The translations under genes were made by a program, and so were the position numbers. This document shows, piece by piece, positions 1 to 14,069 of a DNA stretch of 64,000 nucleotides. The first letter of the stretch is position 1, and each line of letters opens with the position of its first letter. The notes under the pieces were generated by a model. It did no database searches. It had not been told where the DNA came from and worked only from the letters and a program-made list of their open reading frames with translations. Source of the DNA: Macrostomum lignano (lineage: Eukaryota); the NCBI GenBank assembly GCA_002269645.1, contig NIVC01001222.1, positions 1 through 64,000 on the forward strand, in the 5' to 3' direction.

Positions 1-631
1 GGGGGGGCAAGATTCGGGGGGGCAAATCCGGGGGGGCAAGATTCGGGGGGGGGCAAGATTCGGGGGGGCAAGATCCGGGGGGCAAGATTCGGGGCAATTC
101 GGGGGGCAAGATTCGGGGGGCAAATTCGGGGGCAAGATTCGGGGGGGCAAGATTCGGGGGGCAGATCCGGGGGGCAAGATTCGGGGGGGCAGATTGGGGG
201 GCAAGATCCGGGGGGGCAAGATTCGGGGTGGGCAAGATTCGGGGGGCAAGATCCGGGGGGCAAGATTCGGGGGGCAAGATTCGGGGGGGCAAGATTCGGG
301 GGGCAAGATTCGGGGGGCAAGATTCGGGGGGCAAGATTCGGGGGGCAAGATTCGGGGGGCAAGATCCGGGGGGGGCAAGATTCGGGGGGGGGGCAAGATT
401 CGGGGGGGGCAAGATCCGGGGGGCAAGATTCGGGGGGCAAGATTCGGGGGCAAGATTCGGGGGCAAGATTCGAGGGCGGCAAGATTCGGGGGCGAGATTC
501 GGGGGGGCAGATTCGGGGGCAAGATTCGGGGGCGGCAAGATTCAAGGGGAAGATTCGGGGGGGGCAAGATTCGGGGGGGGCAAGATTCGGGGGGGGCAAG
601 ATTCGGGGGGGGGCAAGATTCGGGGGGGGGG
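1..631. repeat. G-run satellite, GGGGG(G)CAAGAT(T/C)C variant
   Basis: Tandem ~13-17 bp units with variable G-run length. The Gly/Lys/Arg-rich ORFs here are repeat artefacts. Confidence 0.97.
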
Positions 632-644
632 AGCAATTCTCCCC

Positions 645-904
645 GAGTCTTGACTGCTTGACTGTAGGAAGTGCGGGATGAGAAACCATGGCAACACAGG
701 AGTGAGCCTTGGAGGCAGTTAAGAGAAAAAACCAACCAAACTGGTTTTGAGTCCATAGTGTATAAATAGAAGCTTGGAAGCTACTCAGTTGAGGCGCTAC
801 TCAAAACCTCCGGTAGACTCTATTGAAAACTGAAAGCCGCAAAAAAGTTCAAAATTTTACAAACTCTCTCGGAAATGATATTAGTTTGTCATCCACTGCA
901 TTCT
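645..904 (+). pseudogene. Deleted PAN-FReD paralog: promoter plus first ~11 codons of exon 1 (copy 1)
   Basis: Matches 21845-22105 (gene A promoter and MILKFV..HCIL). TATAAATA at 761-768 and ATG at 875. It then joins directly to sequence homologous to the gene A 3' flank (~24578 onward). Confidence 0.85.
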
Positions 905-2201
905 GAAAGTTCAAAGTTGAATTGTTCAAAGTTCAAAGTTATAACTGGCCTAAGTTCGATCAAGGTCGATAAAATTCATCAGTGCTTGTTGTTCGGACTC
1001 TGGCAAACTGTCAGATAGGAATGCCAATAAGCAATTTTCCGTTCTCTTTTTACATGTAGCTAAACCAGAAAACTATTTTTTGTTGCACCAAAAAGCAGAG
1101 CAACGAAAATTAAAGCAGGTACACGAAATACACGCAGGTACAAGCAAGAAATGCAAGAGGTAAATTCTTCTGCCAGAAGATCGTGCTTTCCCTATAAGCG
1201 CTAGTGAATCCAGTACACCCAAGGTGTGCCACTTGCACGGCCTTGCAAGGATTTCATATTTCGTTCGTGATGCGTTTGCATCAAATTCCTGACTTTGGTG
1301 GTGGTTTGTGGCCTTTTCCTATTAACTTCTGATTAACCTCACACCTTTTGAAGCTTGAGTATCGATGCTTGGTCAGCAACATTAGGCATCGGGTGTCTGA
1401 ACCCCGGTGTCCTTGAAACTTGTGTGCCTAACTTGTTGCGGCAAAAAACTAACTATAATTCTGTTTCACCATAAGTCCTTGCGGGGCGAATTTCCCTTTC
1501 GATTTAAATGTTCTTGATTGTGAGTTTTGGGAGCCCTGCGATCTTAAAATATTGCAGTTCCAACTCCAGTGTTTGGTCTGTATCGCTTGCTAATCAATGA
1601 TGTAATATCACGGCGTTAAAGGCTTTTTGATCTTTGTTTTTGGGAAGTTTTACGAGTATCAACAAGTTTGATACTGAGAAAAACGTTTTTGACTGAAAAA
1701 AGAATTAAAAAGAGTTGAGGAACTAGAAATCAAAAACAAAACGACCATACATGTACAATTCATTTTCAATGTTGTACCTTCTGCGTCTTTTTGTACTCGT
1801 ACTTTCTATTCTACACGCTATTACACTGTAGTTCTTAAACAATAAATACTGCTTGATTTAACAATTAACATGTCAAAATGCGCGATTAAAGACATACCAT
1901 TTTTTAACAGTTAAAAATTGTGCTTTTTACGTGTAACTGCCTTTTAAACGCGTTGTTTAACTGAACTCCCTCGATGATCAGAGTCCATTGTCTATCCTAA
2001 TATCAAGAATCTCGGCTTTGTTTTTATGCCTTTTTTCTGAAAAGTACTTTCTATTTAACCAGTTACGCAAAAAACAATTGTTTTTTTAAACAAATATTCT
2101 GTACTATTAAATTGTACCCCTCTATCCCAAAAATGGTATATTATGTCTTTCTATATATCTTGCACCACCATATTCTATTCCGTCAATATTAACACTCATA
2201 A

Positions 2202-2619
<418 letters not shown>

Positions 2620-3214
2620 AGATTGAATACAGATTGAATGGGTCAATCAGTTTCTAGGCCGCAAAGGGGATGAAGGCTTAATGCTAATGAACATTGTAAA
2701 CTGAAAAGGGGATAACTGTAGGCTGCTAAGAGTATGACTGCAGTCTGTTTTGAGGGATTAGAAGGAATGATTTCAAGTTGCTGTGTAGATAACTGCCAAT
2801 TTCTAGGGAGGGCTTAACTTCAAACTTCTGAGGCAATAATAGTAGTCGCCTAATGGCAGTTTGGGAGTGGTGCTAATCTGGGGGATTTTTTACAGCCTGC
2901 TGTGTAAAAAAATATTCTGGGATTACTGTAAACATGCTCTGGGAAGATCATGAAAATTGTCTGTGATTATTGTAAACATGCTCAGGGATTATAACAAAAC
3001 ATCCTCTGGGATAACTATGAGCATGCTATCCGGGAAGATTGTGAAACACGCTGTGGGACTACTACTATACGCATGCTGCTAACATCCTCTTGGATTATTG
3101 TAAACATACTGTGAGATATTAGGAAACATCGTCTGGGACTATTGTAATCCAATCCGATAATATAATCGTGGATTCTGCTGTCTGCATTGGGGCTGTGCTC
3201 TGTCTTCTGTGGGG

Positions 3215-3381
3215 ATTGGGCTGTATGCTGGGGGATTGTGTTGTATGCTGGGGGATTGTGTTGTATGCTGTGGGATTGTGTTGTATGCTGGGGGATTGTG
3301 TTGTATGCTGTGGGATTGTGTTGTATGCTGGGGGATTGTGTTGTATGCTGGGGGATTGTGTTGTATGCTGGGGGATTGTGC
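3215..3381. repeat. 20-bp minisatellite CTGGGGGATTGTGTTGTATG, ~8 units
   Basis: Direct tandem repeats; duplicated at ~9568-9735. Confidence 0.92.
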
Positions 3382-3714
3382 TGTTTACTGGGTTTCCCCC
3401 AGTTTTTGCCCTTTATTGCCCCTCATTGCCATTGTCGTTGAGGGGGGTGGTAAATTTCCTAATCACACTACTGCTTGGTCAGTAACACTCGAGTTTGCTC
3501 GGTGTTGCTTTATTTATGAGTAATTATGTATCCTGCAGATTTTAGCTGGAAGTTTAGCAAAATCATTTAGTTTTTTATTTCGAGCACATGATTTCTCTGC
3601 ACATTGCACTCTGTTAACTATGTGTAGCGCCTATGTGGCAAATTATAATAAATTTGTGCAGAAGGAGTACTTGTACTGCTACTAAATCATTACTGGATCT
3701 CAGGGCAAGAGGAC

Positions 3715-6700
3715 GGAAAGATTCGGGAAGGGGAGGGCAAGATTCGGAGGGGAGGTTCCGGAGGATAAGATTCGGGGGGGGGAAGATTCGCGGGGGGGGA
3801 AGATTCGGGGGGTAAGATTTGAGGGGATAAGATTAGGGGGGGATAAGATTCGGGGGTAAGATTTGGGGGATAAGATTCGGGGGGATAAGATTCATGGGGG
3901 GTAAGATTCGGGGGATAAGATTCGGGGGATAAGATTCGGGGGTAAGATTTGGGGGATAAGATTCGGGGGATAAGATTCGGGGGGTAAGATTCGGGGGATA
4001 AGATTCGGGGGATAAGATTCGGGGGGATAAGATTCGGGGGGATAAGATTCGGGGGGTAAGATTCGGGGGGATAAGATTCGGGGGGGGATAAGATTCATGG
4101 GGGGGTAAGATTCGGGGGGATAAGATTCGGGGGGATAAGATTCGGGGGGTAAGATTTGGGGGATAAGGATAAGATTCGGGGGATAAGATTCGGGGGTAAG
4201 ATTTGGGGGGATAAGATTCGGGGGATAAGATTCGGGGGGTAAGATTTGGGGGATAAGATTCGGGGGATAAGATTCATGGGGGGTAAGATTCGGGGGATAA
4301 GATTCGGGGGGATAAGATTCGGGGGTAAGATTTGGGGATAAGATTCGGGGGATAAGATTCGGGGGGTAAGATTCGGGGGATAAGATTCGGGGGATAAGAT
4401 TCGGGGATAAGATTCGGGGGGGATAAGATTCGGGGGTAAGATTTGGGGGATAAGATTCGGGGGATAAGATTCGGGGGATAAGATTCGGGGGGGATAAGAT
4501 TCGGGGGGTAAGATTTGGGGGGATAAGATTCGGGGGGATAAGATTCATGGGGGGGGGTAAGATTCGGGGGATAAGATTCGGGGGTAAGATTCGGGGGATA
4601 AGATTCGGGGATAAGATTCGGGGGGGGTAAGATTTGGGGGGATAAGATTCGGGGGATAAGATTCGGGGGATAAGATTCGGGGGGTAAGATTCGGGGGGAT
4701 AAGATTCGGGGGGGGGAGAAGATTCGGGGGGGGTAAGATTTGGGGGATAAGATTCGGGGGGGGGATAAGATTCGGGGGGGATAAGATTCATGGGGGGTAA
4801 GATTCGGGGGGATAAGATTCGGGGGATAAGATTCGGGGGGGATAAGATTCGGGTGGTAAGATTTGGGGGATAAGATTCGGGGGGGATAAGATTCGGGGGG
4901 TAAGATTTGGGGGATAAGATTCGGGGGGATAAGATTCATGGGGGGGTAAGATTCGGGGGATAAGATTCGGGGGTAAGATTTGGGGGGATAAGATTCGGGG
5001 ATAAGATTCGGGGGTAAGATTCGGGGGGGATAAGATTCGGGGGATAAGATTCGGGGGGATAAGATTCGGGGGGGGATAAGATTCGGGGGTAAGATTTGGG
5101 GGGATAAGATTCGGGGGGGGATAAGATTCATGGGGGGTAAGATTCGGGGGATAAGATTCGGGGGGATAAGATTCGGGGGGATAAGATTCGGTGTAAGATT
5201 TGGGGGGATAAGATTCGGGGGGATAAGATTCGGGGGGTAAGATTTGGGGGGATAAGATTCGGGGGATAAGATTAATGGGGGGGTAAGATTCGGGGGGATA
5301 AGATTCGGGGGATAAGATTCGGGGGGTAAGATTTGGGGGATAAGATTCGGGGGATAAGATTCGGGGGGTAAGATTCGGGGGATAAGATTCGGGGGATAAG
5401 ATTCGGGGGATAAGATTCGGGGGGGGATAAGATTCGGGGGTAAGATTTGGGGGATAAGATTCGGGGGGGATAAGATTCATGGGGGGGTAAGATTCGGGGG
5501 GATAAGATTCGGGGGGATAAGATTCGGGGGGTAAGATTCGGGGGGATAAGATTCGGGGGGATAAGATTCGGGGGGATAAGATTCGGGGGTAAGATTTGGG
5601 GGATAAGATTCGGGGGATAAGATTCGGGGGGTAAGATTCGGGGGGATAAGATTCGGGGGGGGATAAGATTCGGGGGGGTAAGATTTGGGGGATAAGATTC
5701 GGGGGGGGATAAGATTCGGGGGGATAAGATTCATGGGGGGGGGGTAAGATTCGGGGGGATAAGATTCGGGGGATAAGATTCGGGGGATAAGATTCGGGGG
5801 GTAAGATTTGGGGGGGCAAGATTCGGGGGGCAAGATTCGGGGGGCAAGATCCGGGGGGGCAAGATTCGGGGGGGCAAGATCCGGGGGGGGCAAGATTCGG
5901 GGGGAAGATTCGGGGGGGCAAGATTCGGGGGGGCAAGATCCGGGGGGGCAAGATTCGGGGGCAAGATCCGGGGGGGCAAGATTCGGGGGGAGGGCAAGAT
6001 TCGGGGGGGGCAAGATTCGGGCGGGCAAGATTCGGGGGGGCAAGATCCGGGGGCAAGATCCGGGGGGGCAAGATCCGGGGGGCAAGATCCGGGGGGGGCA
6101 AGATTCGGGGGGGCAAGATTCGGGGCGGGCAAGATTCGGGGGGGGCAAGATCCGGGGGGCAAGATCCGGGGGGGGCAAGATCCGGGGGGGCAAGATCCGG
6201 GGGGGCAAGATTCGGGGGGGCAAGATTCGGGGGGCAAGATCCGGGGGGGGGCAAGATTCGGGGGGCAAGATCCGGGGGGGCAAGATTCGGGGGAAGATTC
6301 GGGGGGGCAAGATTCGGGGGGGCAAGATCCGGGGGGGCAAGATTCGGGGGGGGGCAAGATTCGGGGGGGGCAAGATCCGGGGGCAAGATTCGGGGGGCAA
6401 GATTCGGGGGGCAAGATTCGGGGGCAAGATTCGGGGGGCAAGATTCGGGGGGCAAGATTCGGGGGGCAAGATCCGGGGGGGGCAAGATTCGGGGGGGGGC
6501 AAGATTCGGGGGGGGCAAGATCCGGGGGGGGCAAGATTCGGGGTGGGCAAGATTCGGGGGGGGCAAGATCCGGGGGGCAAGATTCGGGGGGCAAGATTCG
6601 GGGGGCAAGATTCGGGGGCAAGATTCGGGGGGCAAGATTCGGGGGGCAAGATTCGGGGGGCAAGATTCGGGGGGCAAGATCCGGGGGGGGCAAGATTCGG

Positions 6701-6946
6701 GGGGGGCAAGATTCGGGGGGGGGCAAGATCCGGGGGGCAAGATTCGGGGGGCAAGATTCGGGGGCAAGATTCGGGGGGCAAGATTCGAGGGCGGCAAGAT
6801 TCGGGGCGAGATTCGGGGGGGCAAGATTCGGGGGGCAAGATTCGGGGGCGGCAAGATTCAAGGGGAAGATTCGGGGGGGCAAGATTCGGGGGGGGGCAAG
6901 ATTCGGGGGGGGCAAGATTCGGGGGGGGCAAGATTCGGGGGGGGGG
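3715..6946. repeat. G-run satellite: ATAAGATTC/TAAGATT variant (to ~5812), then GCAAGATTC variant
   Basis: About 3.2 kb of 13-17 bp units with an abrupt variant switch near 5812. Confidence 0.97.
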
Positions 6947-6959
6947 AGCAATTCTCCCC

Positions 6960-7239
6960 GAGTCTTGACTGCTTGACTGTAGGAAGTGCGGGATGAGAAA
7001 CCATGGCAACACAGGAGTGAGCCTTGGGAGGCAGTTAAGAGAAAAAACCAAACCAAACTGGTTTTGAGTCCATAGTGTATAAATAGAAGCTTGGAAGCTA
7101 CTCAGTTGAGGCGCTACTCAAAACCTCCGGTAGACTCTATTGAAAACTGAAAGCCGCAAAAAAGTTCAAAATTTTACAAACTCTCTCGGAAATGATATTG
7201 AAGTTTGTCATCCACTGCATTCTGAAAGTTCAAAGTTGA
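6960..7239 (+). pseudogene. Deleted PAN-FReD paralog: promoter plus exon-1 stub (copy 2); reads MILKFVIHCILKVQS*
   Basis: TATAAATA at 7078-7085 and ATG at 7192. Homology to gene A exon 1 stops at 7224; TGA at 7237-7239. Confidence 0.87.
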
Positions 7240-8527
7240 ATTGTTCAAAGTTCAAAGTTATAACTGGCCTAAGTTCGATCAAGGTCGATAAAATTCATCA
7301 GTGCTTGTTGTTCGGACTCTGGCAAACTGTCAGATAGGAATGCCAATAAGCAATTTTCCGTTCTCTTTTTACATGTAGCTAAACCAAGAAAACTATTTTT
7401 TGTTGCACCAAAAAGCAGAGCAACGAAAATTAAAGCAGGTACACGAAATACACGCAGGTACAAGCAAGAAATGCAAGAGGTAAATTCTTCTGCCAGAAGA
7501 TCGTGCTTTCCCTATAAGCGCTAGTGAATCCAGTACACCCCAAGGTGTGCCACTTGCACGGCCTTGCAAGGATTTCATATTTCGTTCGTGATGCGTTTGC
7601 ATCAAATTCCTGACTTTGGTGGTGGTTTGTGGCCTTTTCCTATTAACTTCTGATTAACCCTCACAACCTTTTGAAGCTTGAGTATCGATGCTTGGTCAGC
7701 AACATTAGGCATCGGGTGTCTGAACCCCGGTGTCCTTGAAACTTGTGTGCCTAACTTGTTGCGGCAAAAAACTAACTATAATTCTGTTTCACCATAAGTC
7801 CTTGCGGGCGAATTTCCCTTTCGATTTAAATGTTCTTGATTGTGAGTTTTGGGAGCCCTGCGATCTTAAAATATTGCAGTTCCAACTCCAGTGTTTGGTC
7901 TGTATCGCTTGCTAATCAATGATGTAATATCACGGCCGTTAAAGGCTTTTTTGATCTTTGTTTTTGGGAAGTTTTACGAGTATCAACAAGTTTGATACTG
8001 AGAAAAACGTTTTTGACTGAAAAAAGAATTAAAAAGAGTTGAGGAACTAGAAATCAAGAAAACAAAACGACCATACATGTACAATTCATTTTCAATGTTG
8101 TACCTTCTGCGTCTTTTTGTACTCGTACTTTCTATTCTACACGCTATTACACTGTAGTTCTTAAACAATAAATACTGCTTGATTTAACAATTAACATGTC
8201 AAAATGCGCGATTAAAGACATACCATTTTTTAACAGTTAAAAATTGTGCTTTTTACGTGTAACTGCCTTTTAAACGCGTTGTTTAACTGAACTCCCTCGA
8301 TGATCAGAGTCCATTGTCTATCCTAATATCAAGAATCTCGGCTTTGTTTTTATGCCTTTTTTCTGAAAAGTACTTTCTATTTAACCAGTTACGCAAAAAA
8401 CAATTGTTTTTTTAAACAAATATTCTGTACTATTAAATTGTACCCCTCTATCCCAAAAATGGTATATTATGTCTTTCTATATATCTTGCACCACCATATT
8501 CTATTCCGTCAATATTAACACTCATAA

Positions 8528-8973
<446 letters not shown>

Positions 8974-9567
8974 AGATTGAATACAGATTGAATGGGTCAA
9001 TCAGTTTCTAGGCCGCAAAGGGGATGAAGGCTTAATGCTAATGAACATTGTAAACTGAAAAGGGGATAACTGTAGGCTGCTAAGAGTATGACTGCAGTCT
9101 GTTTTGAGGGATTAGAAGGAATGATTTCAAGTTGCTGTGTAGATAACTGCCAATTTCTAGGGAGGGCTTAACTTCAAACTTCTGAGGCAATAATAGTAGT
9201 CGCCTAATGGCAGTTTGGGAGTGGTGCTAATCTGGGGGATTTTTTACAGCCTGCTGTGTAAAAAAATATTCTGGGATTACTGTAAACATGCTCTGGGAAG
9301 ATCATGAAAATTGTCTGTGATTATTGTAAACATGCTCAGGGATTATAACAAAACATCCTCTGGGATAACTATGAGCATGCTATCCGGGAAGATTGTGAAA
9401 CACGCTGTGGGACTACTACTATACGCATGCTGCTAACATCCTCTTGGATTATTGTAAACATACTGTGAGATATTAGGAAACATCGTCTGGACTATTGTAA
9501 TCCAATCCGATAATATAATCGTGGATTCTGCTGTCTGCATTGGGGCTGTGCTCTGTCTTCTGTGGGG

Positions 9568-9735
9568 ATTGGGCTGTATGCTGGGGGATTGTGTTGTATG
9601 CTGGGGGATTGTGTTGTATGCTGTGGGATTGTGTTGTATGCTGGGGGATTGTGTTGTATGCTGGGGGATTGTGTTGTATGCTGGGGGATTGTGTTGTATG
9701 CTGGGGGATTGTGTTGTATGCTGGGGGATTGTGCT
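9568..9735. repeat. 20-bp minisatellite (copy 2)
   Basis: Same unit as 3215-3381. Confidence 0.92.
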
Positions 9736-10074
9736 GTTTACTGGGTTTCCCCCAGTTTTTGCCCTTTATTGCCCCCTCATTGCCATTGTCGTTGAGGGGG
9801 GGTGGTAAATTTCCTAATCACACTACTGCTTGGTCAGTAACACTCGAGTTTGCTCGGTGTTGCTTTATTTATGAGTAATTATGTATCCTGCAGATTTTAG
9901 CTGGAAGTTTAGCAAAATCATTTAGTTTTTTATTTCGAGCACATGATTTCTCTGCACATTGCACTCTGTTAACTATGTGTAGCGCCTATGTGGCAAATTA
10001 TAATAAATTTGTGCAGAAGGAGTACTTGTACTGCTACTAAATCATTACTGGATCTCAGGGCAAGAGGACGGAAA

Positions 10075-12990
10075 GATTCGGGAAGGGGAGGGCAAGATTC
10101 GGAGGGGAGGTTCCGGAGGATAAGATTCGGGGGGGGGGGGGGAAGATTCGCGGGGGGGGGAAGATTCGGGGGGTAAGATTTGAGGGGATAAGATTAGGGG
10201 GGGATAAGATTCGGGGGTAAGATTTGGGGGATAAGATTCGGGGGGATAAGATTCATGGGGGGGTAAGATTCGGGGGATAAGATTCGGGGGATAAGATTCG
10301 GGGGGTAAGATTTGGGGGATAAGATTCGGGGGATAAGATTCGGGGGTAAGATTCGGGGGGATAAGATTCGGGGGATAAGATTCGGGGGGATAAGATTCGG
10401 GGGGATAAGATTCGGGGGTAAGATTCGGGGGGATAAGATTCGGGGGGGGATAAGATTCATGGGGGGGGGTAAGATTCGGGGGATAAGATTCGGGGGGATA
10501 AGATTCGGGGGTAAGATTTGGGGGGATAAGGATAAGATTCGGGGGATAAGATTCGGGGGGTAAGATTTGGGGGGATAAGATTCGGGGGATAAGATTCGGG
10601 GGGTAAGATTTGGGGGGATAAGATTCGGGGGGATAAGATTCATGGGGGGTAAGATTCGGGGGGATAAGATTCGGGGGGATAAGATTCGGGGGGTAAGATT
10701 TGGGGGATAAGATTCGGGGGATAAGATTCGGGGGTAAGATTCGGGGGATAAGATTCGGGGGATAAGATTCGGGGGGATAAGATTCGGGGGGGATAAGATT
10801 CGGGGGGTAAGATTTGGGGGATAAGATTCGGGGGATAAGATTCGGGGGGATAAGATTCGGGGGGGGATAAGATTCGGGGGGTAAGATTTGGGGGGATAAG
10901 ATTCGGGGGGGATAAGATTCATGGGGGGGGTAAGATTCGGGGGATAAGATTCGGGGGGTAAGATTCGGGGGGATAAGATTCGGGGGATAAGATTCGGGGG
11001 GGTAAGATTTGGGGGGATAAGATTCGGGGGATAAGATTCGGGGGATAAGATTCGGGGGGTAAGATTCGGGGGATAAGATTCGGGGGGGGAGAAGATTCGG
11101 GGGGGGTAAGATTTGGGGGGATAAGATTCGGGGGGGGGATAAGATTCGGGGGGGGGATAAGATTCATGGGGGGTAAGATTCGGGGGATAAGATTCGGGGG
11201 ATAAGATTCGGGGGGGATAAGATTCGGGTGGTAAGATTTGGGGGGATAAGATTCGGGGGGGATAAGATTCGGGGGGTAAGATTTGGGGGGATAAGATTCG
11301 GGGGGATAAGATTCATGGGGGGGTAAGATTCGGGGGGATAAGATTCGGGGGGTAAGATTTGGGGGGATAAGATTCGGGGGATAAGATTCGGGGGGTAAGA
11401 TTCGGGGGGATAAGATTCGGGGGATAAGATTCGGGGGATAAGATTCGGGGGGGGATAAGATTCGGGGGGTAAGATTTGGGGGGATAAGATTCGGGGGGGG
11501 ATAAGATTCATGGGGGGTAAGATTCGGGGGGATAAGATTCGGGGGGATAAGATTCGGGGGGGGATAAGATTCGGGTGGTAAGATTTGGGGGATAAGATTC
11601 GGGGGGATAAGATTCGGGGGTAAGATTTGGGGGATAAGATTCGGGGGGGATAAGATTAATGGGGGGGTAAGATTCGGGGGATAAGATTCGGGGGGATAAG
11701 ATTCGGGGGGTAAGATTTGGGGGATAAGATTCGGGGATAAGATTCGGGGGGTAAGATTCGGGGGGATAAGATTCGGGGGATAAGATTCGGGGGGATAAGA
11801 TTCGGGGGGGATAAGATTCGGGGGGTAAGATTTGGGGGATAAGATTCGGGGGGGATAAGATTCATGGGGGGGTAAGATTCGGGGGGATAAGATTCGGGGG
11901 GATAAGATTCGGGGGGTAAGATTCGGGGGATAAGATTCGGGGGATAAGATTCGGGGGATAAGATTCGGGGGGTAAGATTTGGGGGGATAAGATTCGGGGG
12001 ATAAGATTCGGGGGGTAAGATTCGGGGGGATAAGATTCGGGGGGGGATAAGATTCGGGGGGTAAGATTTGGGGGGATAAGATTCGGGGGGGGATAAGATT
12101 CGGGGGGATAAGATTCATGGGGGGGGGTAAGATTCGGGGGGATAAGATTCGGGGGATAAGATTCGGGGGATAAGATTCGGGGGGTAAGATTTGGGGGGAT
12201 AAGATTCGGGGGGGTAAGATTCGGGGGATAAGATTCATGGGGGGTAAGATTCGGGGGATAAGATTCGGGGGATAAGATTCGGGGGGATAAGATTCGGGGG
12301 GATAAGATTCGGGTGGTTAAGATTCGGGGGGATAAGATTCGGGGGTAAGATTCGGGTGATAAGATTCGGGGAGATAAGATTCGGGTGGGATAAGATTCGG
12401 GGGGTTAAGATCCGGGTGGTTAAGATTCGGGGGGATAAGATTCGGGTGGTTAAGATTCGGGGGGATAAGATTCGGGGGATAAGATTCGTGGGGATAAGAT
12501 TCGGGGGGATAAGATTCGGGGGGATAAGATTCGGGGGATAAGATTCGGGGGGATAAGATTCGGGGGATAAGATTCGGGGGGATAAGATTCGAGGGGATAA
12601 GATTGGGGGATAAGATTCGGGGGGATAAGATTCGGGGGGATAAGATTCGGGGGGGGGATAAGATTCGGGGGGCAAGATTCGGGGGGGATAAGATTCGGGG
12701 GATAAGATTCGGGGGGATAAGATTCGGGGGGATAAGATTCGGGGGGATAAGATTCGGGGAGATAAGATTCGGGTGGGATAAGATTCGGGGGGTTAAGATT
12801 CGGGGGGGGTAAGATTCGGGGGATAAGATTCGGGGGGTTAAGATTCGGGGTGGGTGTAAGATTCGGGGGATAAGATTCGGGGGGTTAAGATTCGGGGTGG
12901 GTGTAAGATTCGGGGGGATAAGATTCGGGGGGGGGGGTAAGATTCGGGGGGTTAAGATTCTTGGTGAGGGTAAGATTATTGGATGGGAGG
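10075..12990. repeat. G-run satellite, GGGGGATAAGATTC variant
   Basis: About 2.9 kb tandem array, degenerate at both edges. Confidence 0.97.
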
Positions 12991-13230
12991 GCAAGATTTG
13001 GGAGGGCAATATTTGGGAAGATGGATAGATTTTTACACCTGTACGTATAGAATGCAGAAATTTTATGCTGCCATAAAATGAAGCCAATATAACAATTGTG
13101 TGCAAACTGCGAAAGACGATGCAGTGAGACGATAGATAATTTTGTTTAAAAATCGTGGGAATTCTAGCAGACTTGGCTCTTCCAGTTTCTGGCTCCGGGC
13201 CTCCTCGGCCAAGAAGTCTCGGAAAAGACA

Positions 13231-13426
13231 ATGGACGCAGGGGCAGGGGAGGGGAGGGCTGGAAACCCCGGTGCTACATTTTGGAGCTTTGGGAAGCTGT
13301 GTAAGCTAGAGAAGGGCCTGTGACGCACGTAGAGAGGCCGCAACAAACCCTCCCTCCAACTGCGCTCCTCCAAAACTAAATGAAGAAGCAATCAAGCATG
13401 AAGAAAAATAGGAGCTCAACTTTTAG
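13231..13426 (+). pseudogene. Degenerate copy of the small ORF at 20143-20343
   Basis: Shares the start ATGGA(C/T)GC, a middle segment reading LELWEAV versus LKFWDAA, and the end GAGCTCAA(C/A)TTTTAG. It contains frameshifts and internal TAA/TAG codons. Confidence 0.5.
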
Positions 13427-13494
13427 ACGTGGCATCCACGGGGTTAAAAGACAGGGGAGGGGCGCCCACCGAGAGGGAGGGGCGTCTAAATAAA

Positions 13495-13637
13495 AGACAG
13501 GGGCGCCCACCAAGAGACAGGGGCGCCTAAATAAGAGACAGGGGCGCCCACCAAGAGACAGAGGCGCCCACCAAGAGACAGAGGCGCCCACCAAGAGACA
13601 GAGGCGCCCACCAAGAGACAGGGGCGCCCACCAAGAC
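13495..13637. repeat. 20-bp minisatellite AAGAGACAG(G/A)GGCGCCCACC, ~7 units
   Basis: Same unit as 20395-21302. Confidence 0.92.
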
Positions 13638-14069
13638 ACCAAGACAGCAAGTTTCATGAGTAGCAAAATGAAAAGCTCTCAAAGAGAGACCCACCCGGTC
13701 CCTAAGTCGAAGACAAGGTCTATTAAACAATGAGCCTGTGCCCCGCGCCCCTCCTCCGTTGTCACGCAAGCAGGAGCATAACAAGAATTAAAGATGAAAG
13801 CCGAATGGGAAGAAGACATGGAAGACAAAGGAGCTCAAGAAGTCAGACTTCCATTGTTCCAGGGAGAGAAAAGCAAAACCCAGGTCCCCATAATGCCAAA
13901 ATAGTGCATCTGAGCTGTCTGAAGAAAATGGAAAAACAGGAGAAAACACGTCAGCTAAATAAGCGCACAGATGCTTGTTTTTTATATTTTCTACTCAAGG
14001 GCGCAGATGCAGGAACGCGCGAACAAAAGCGAGAAACTAACGCGGACAAGATATAACTCAGACAAGATA

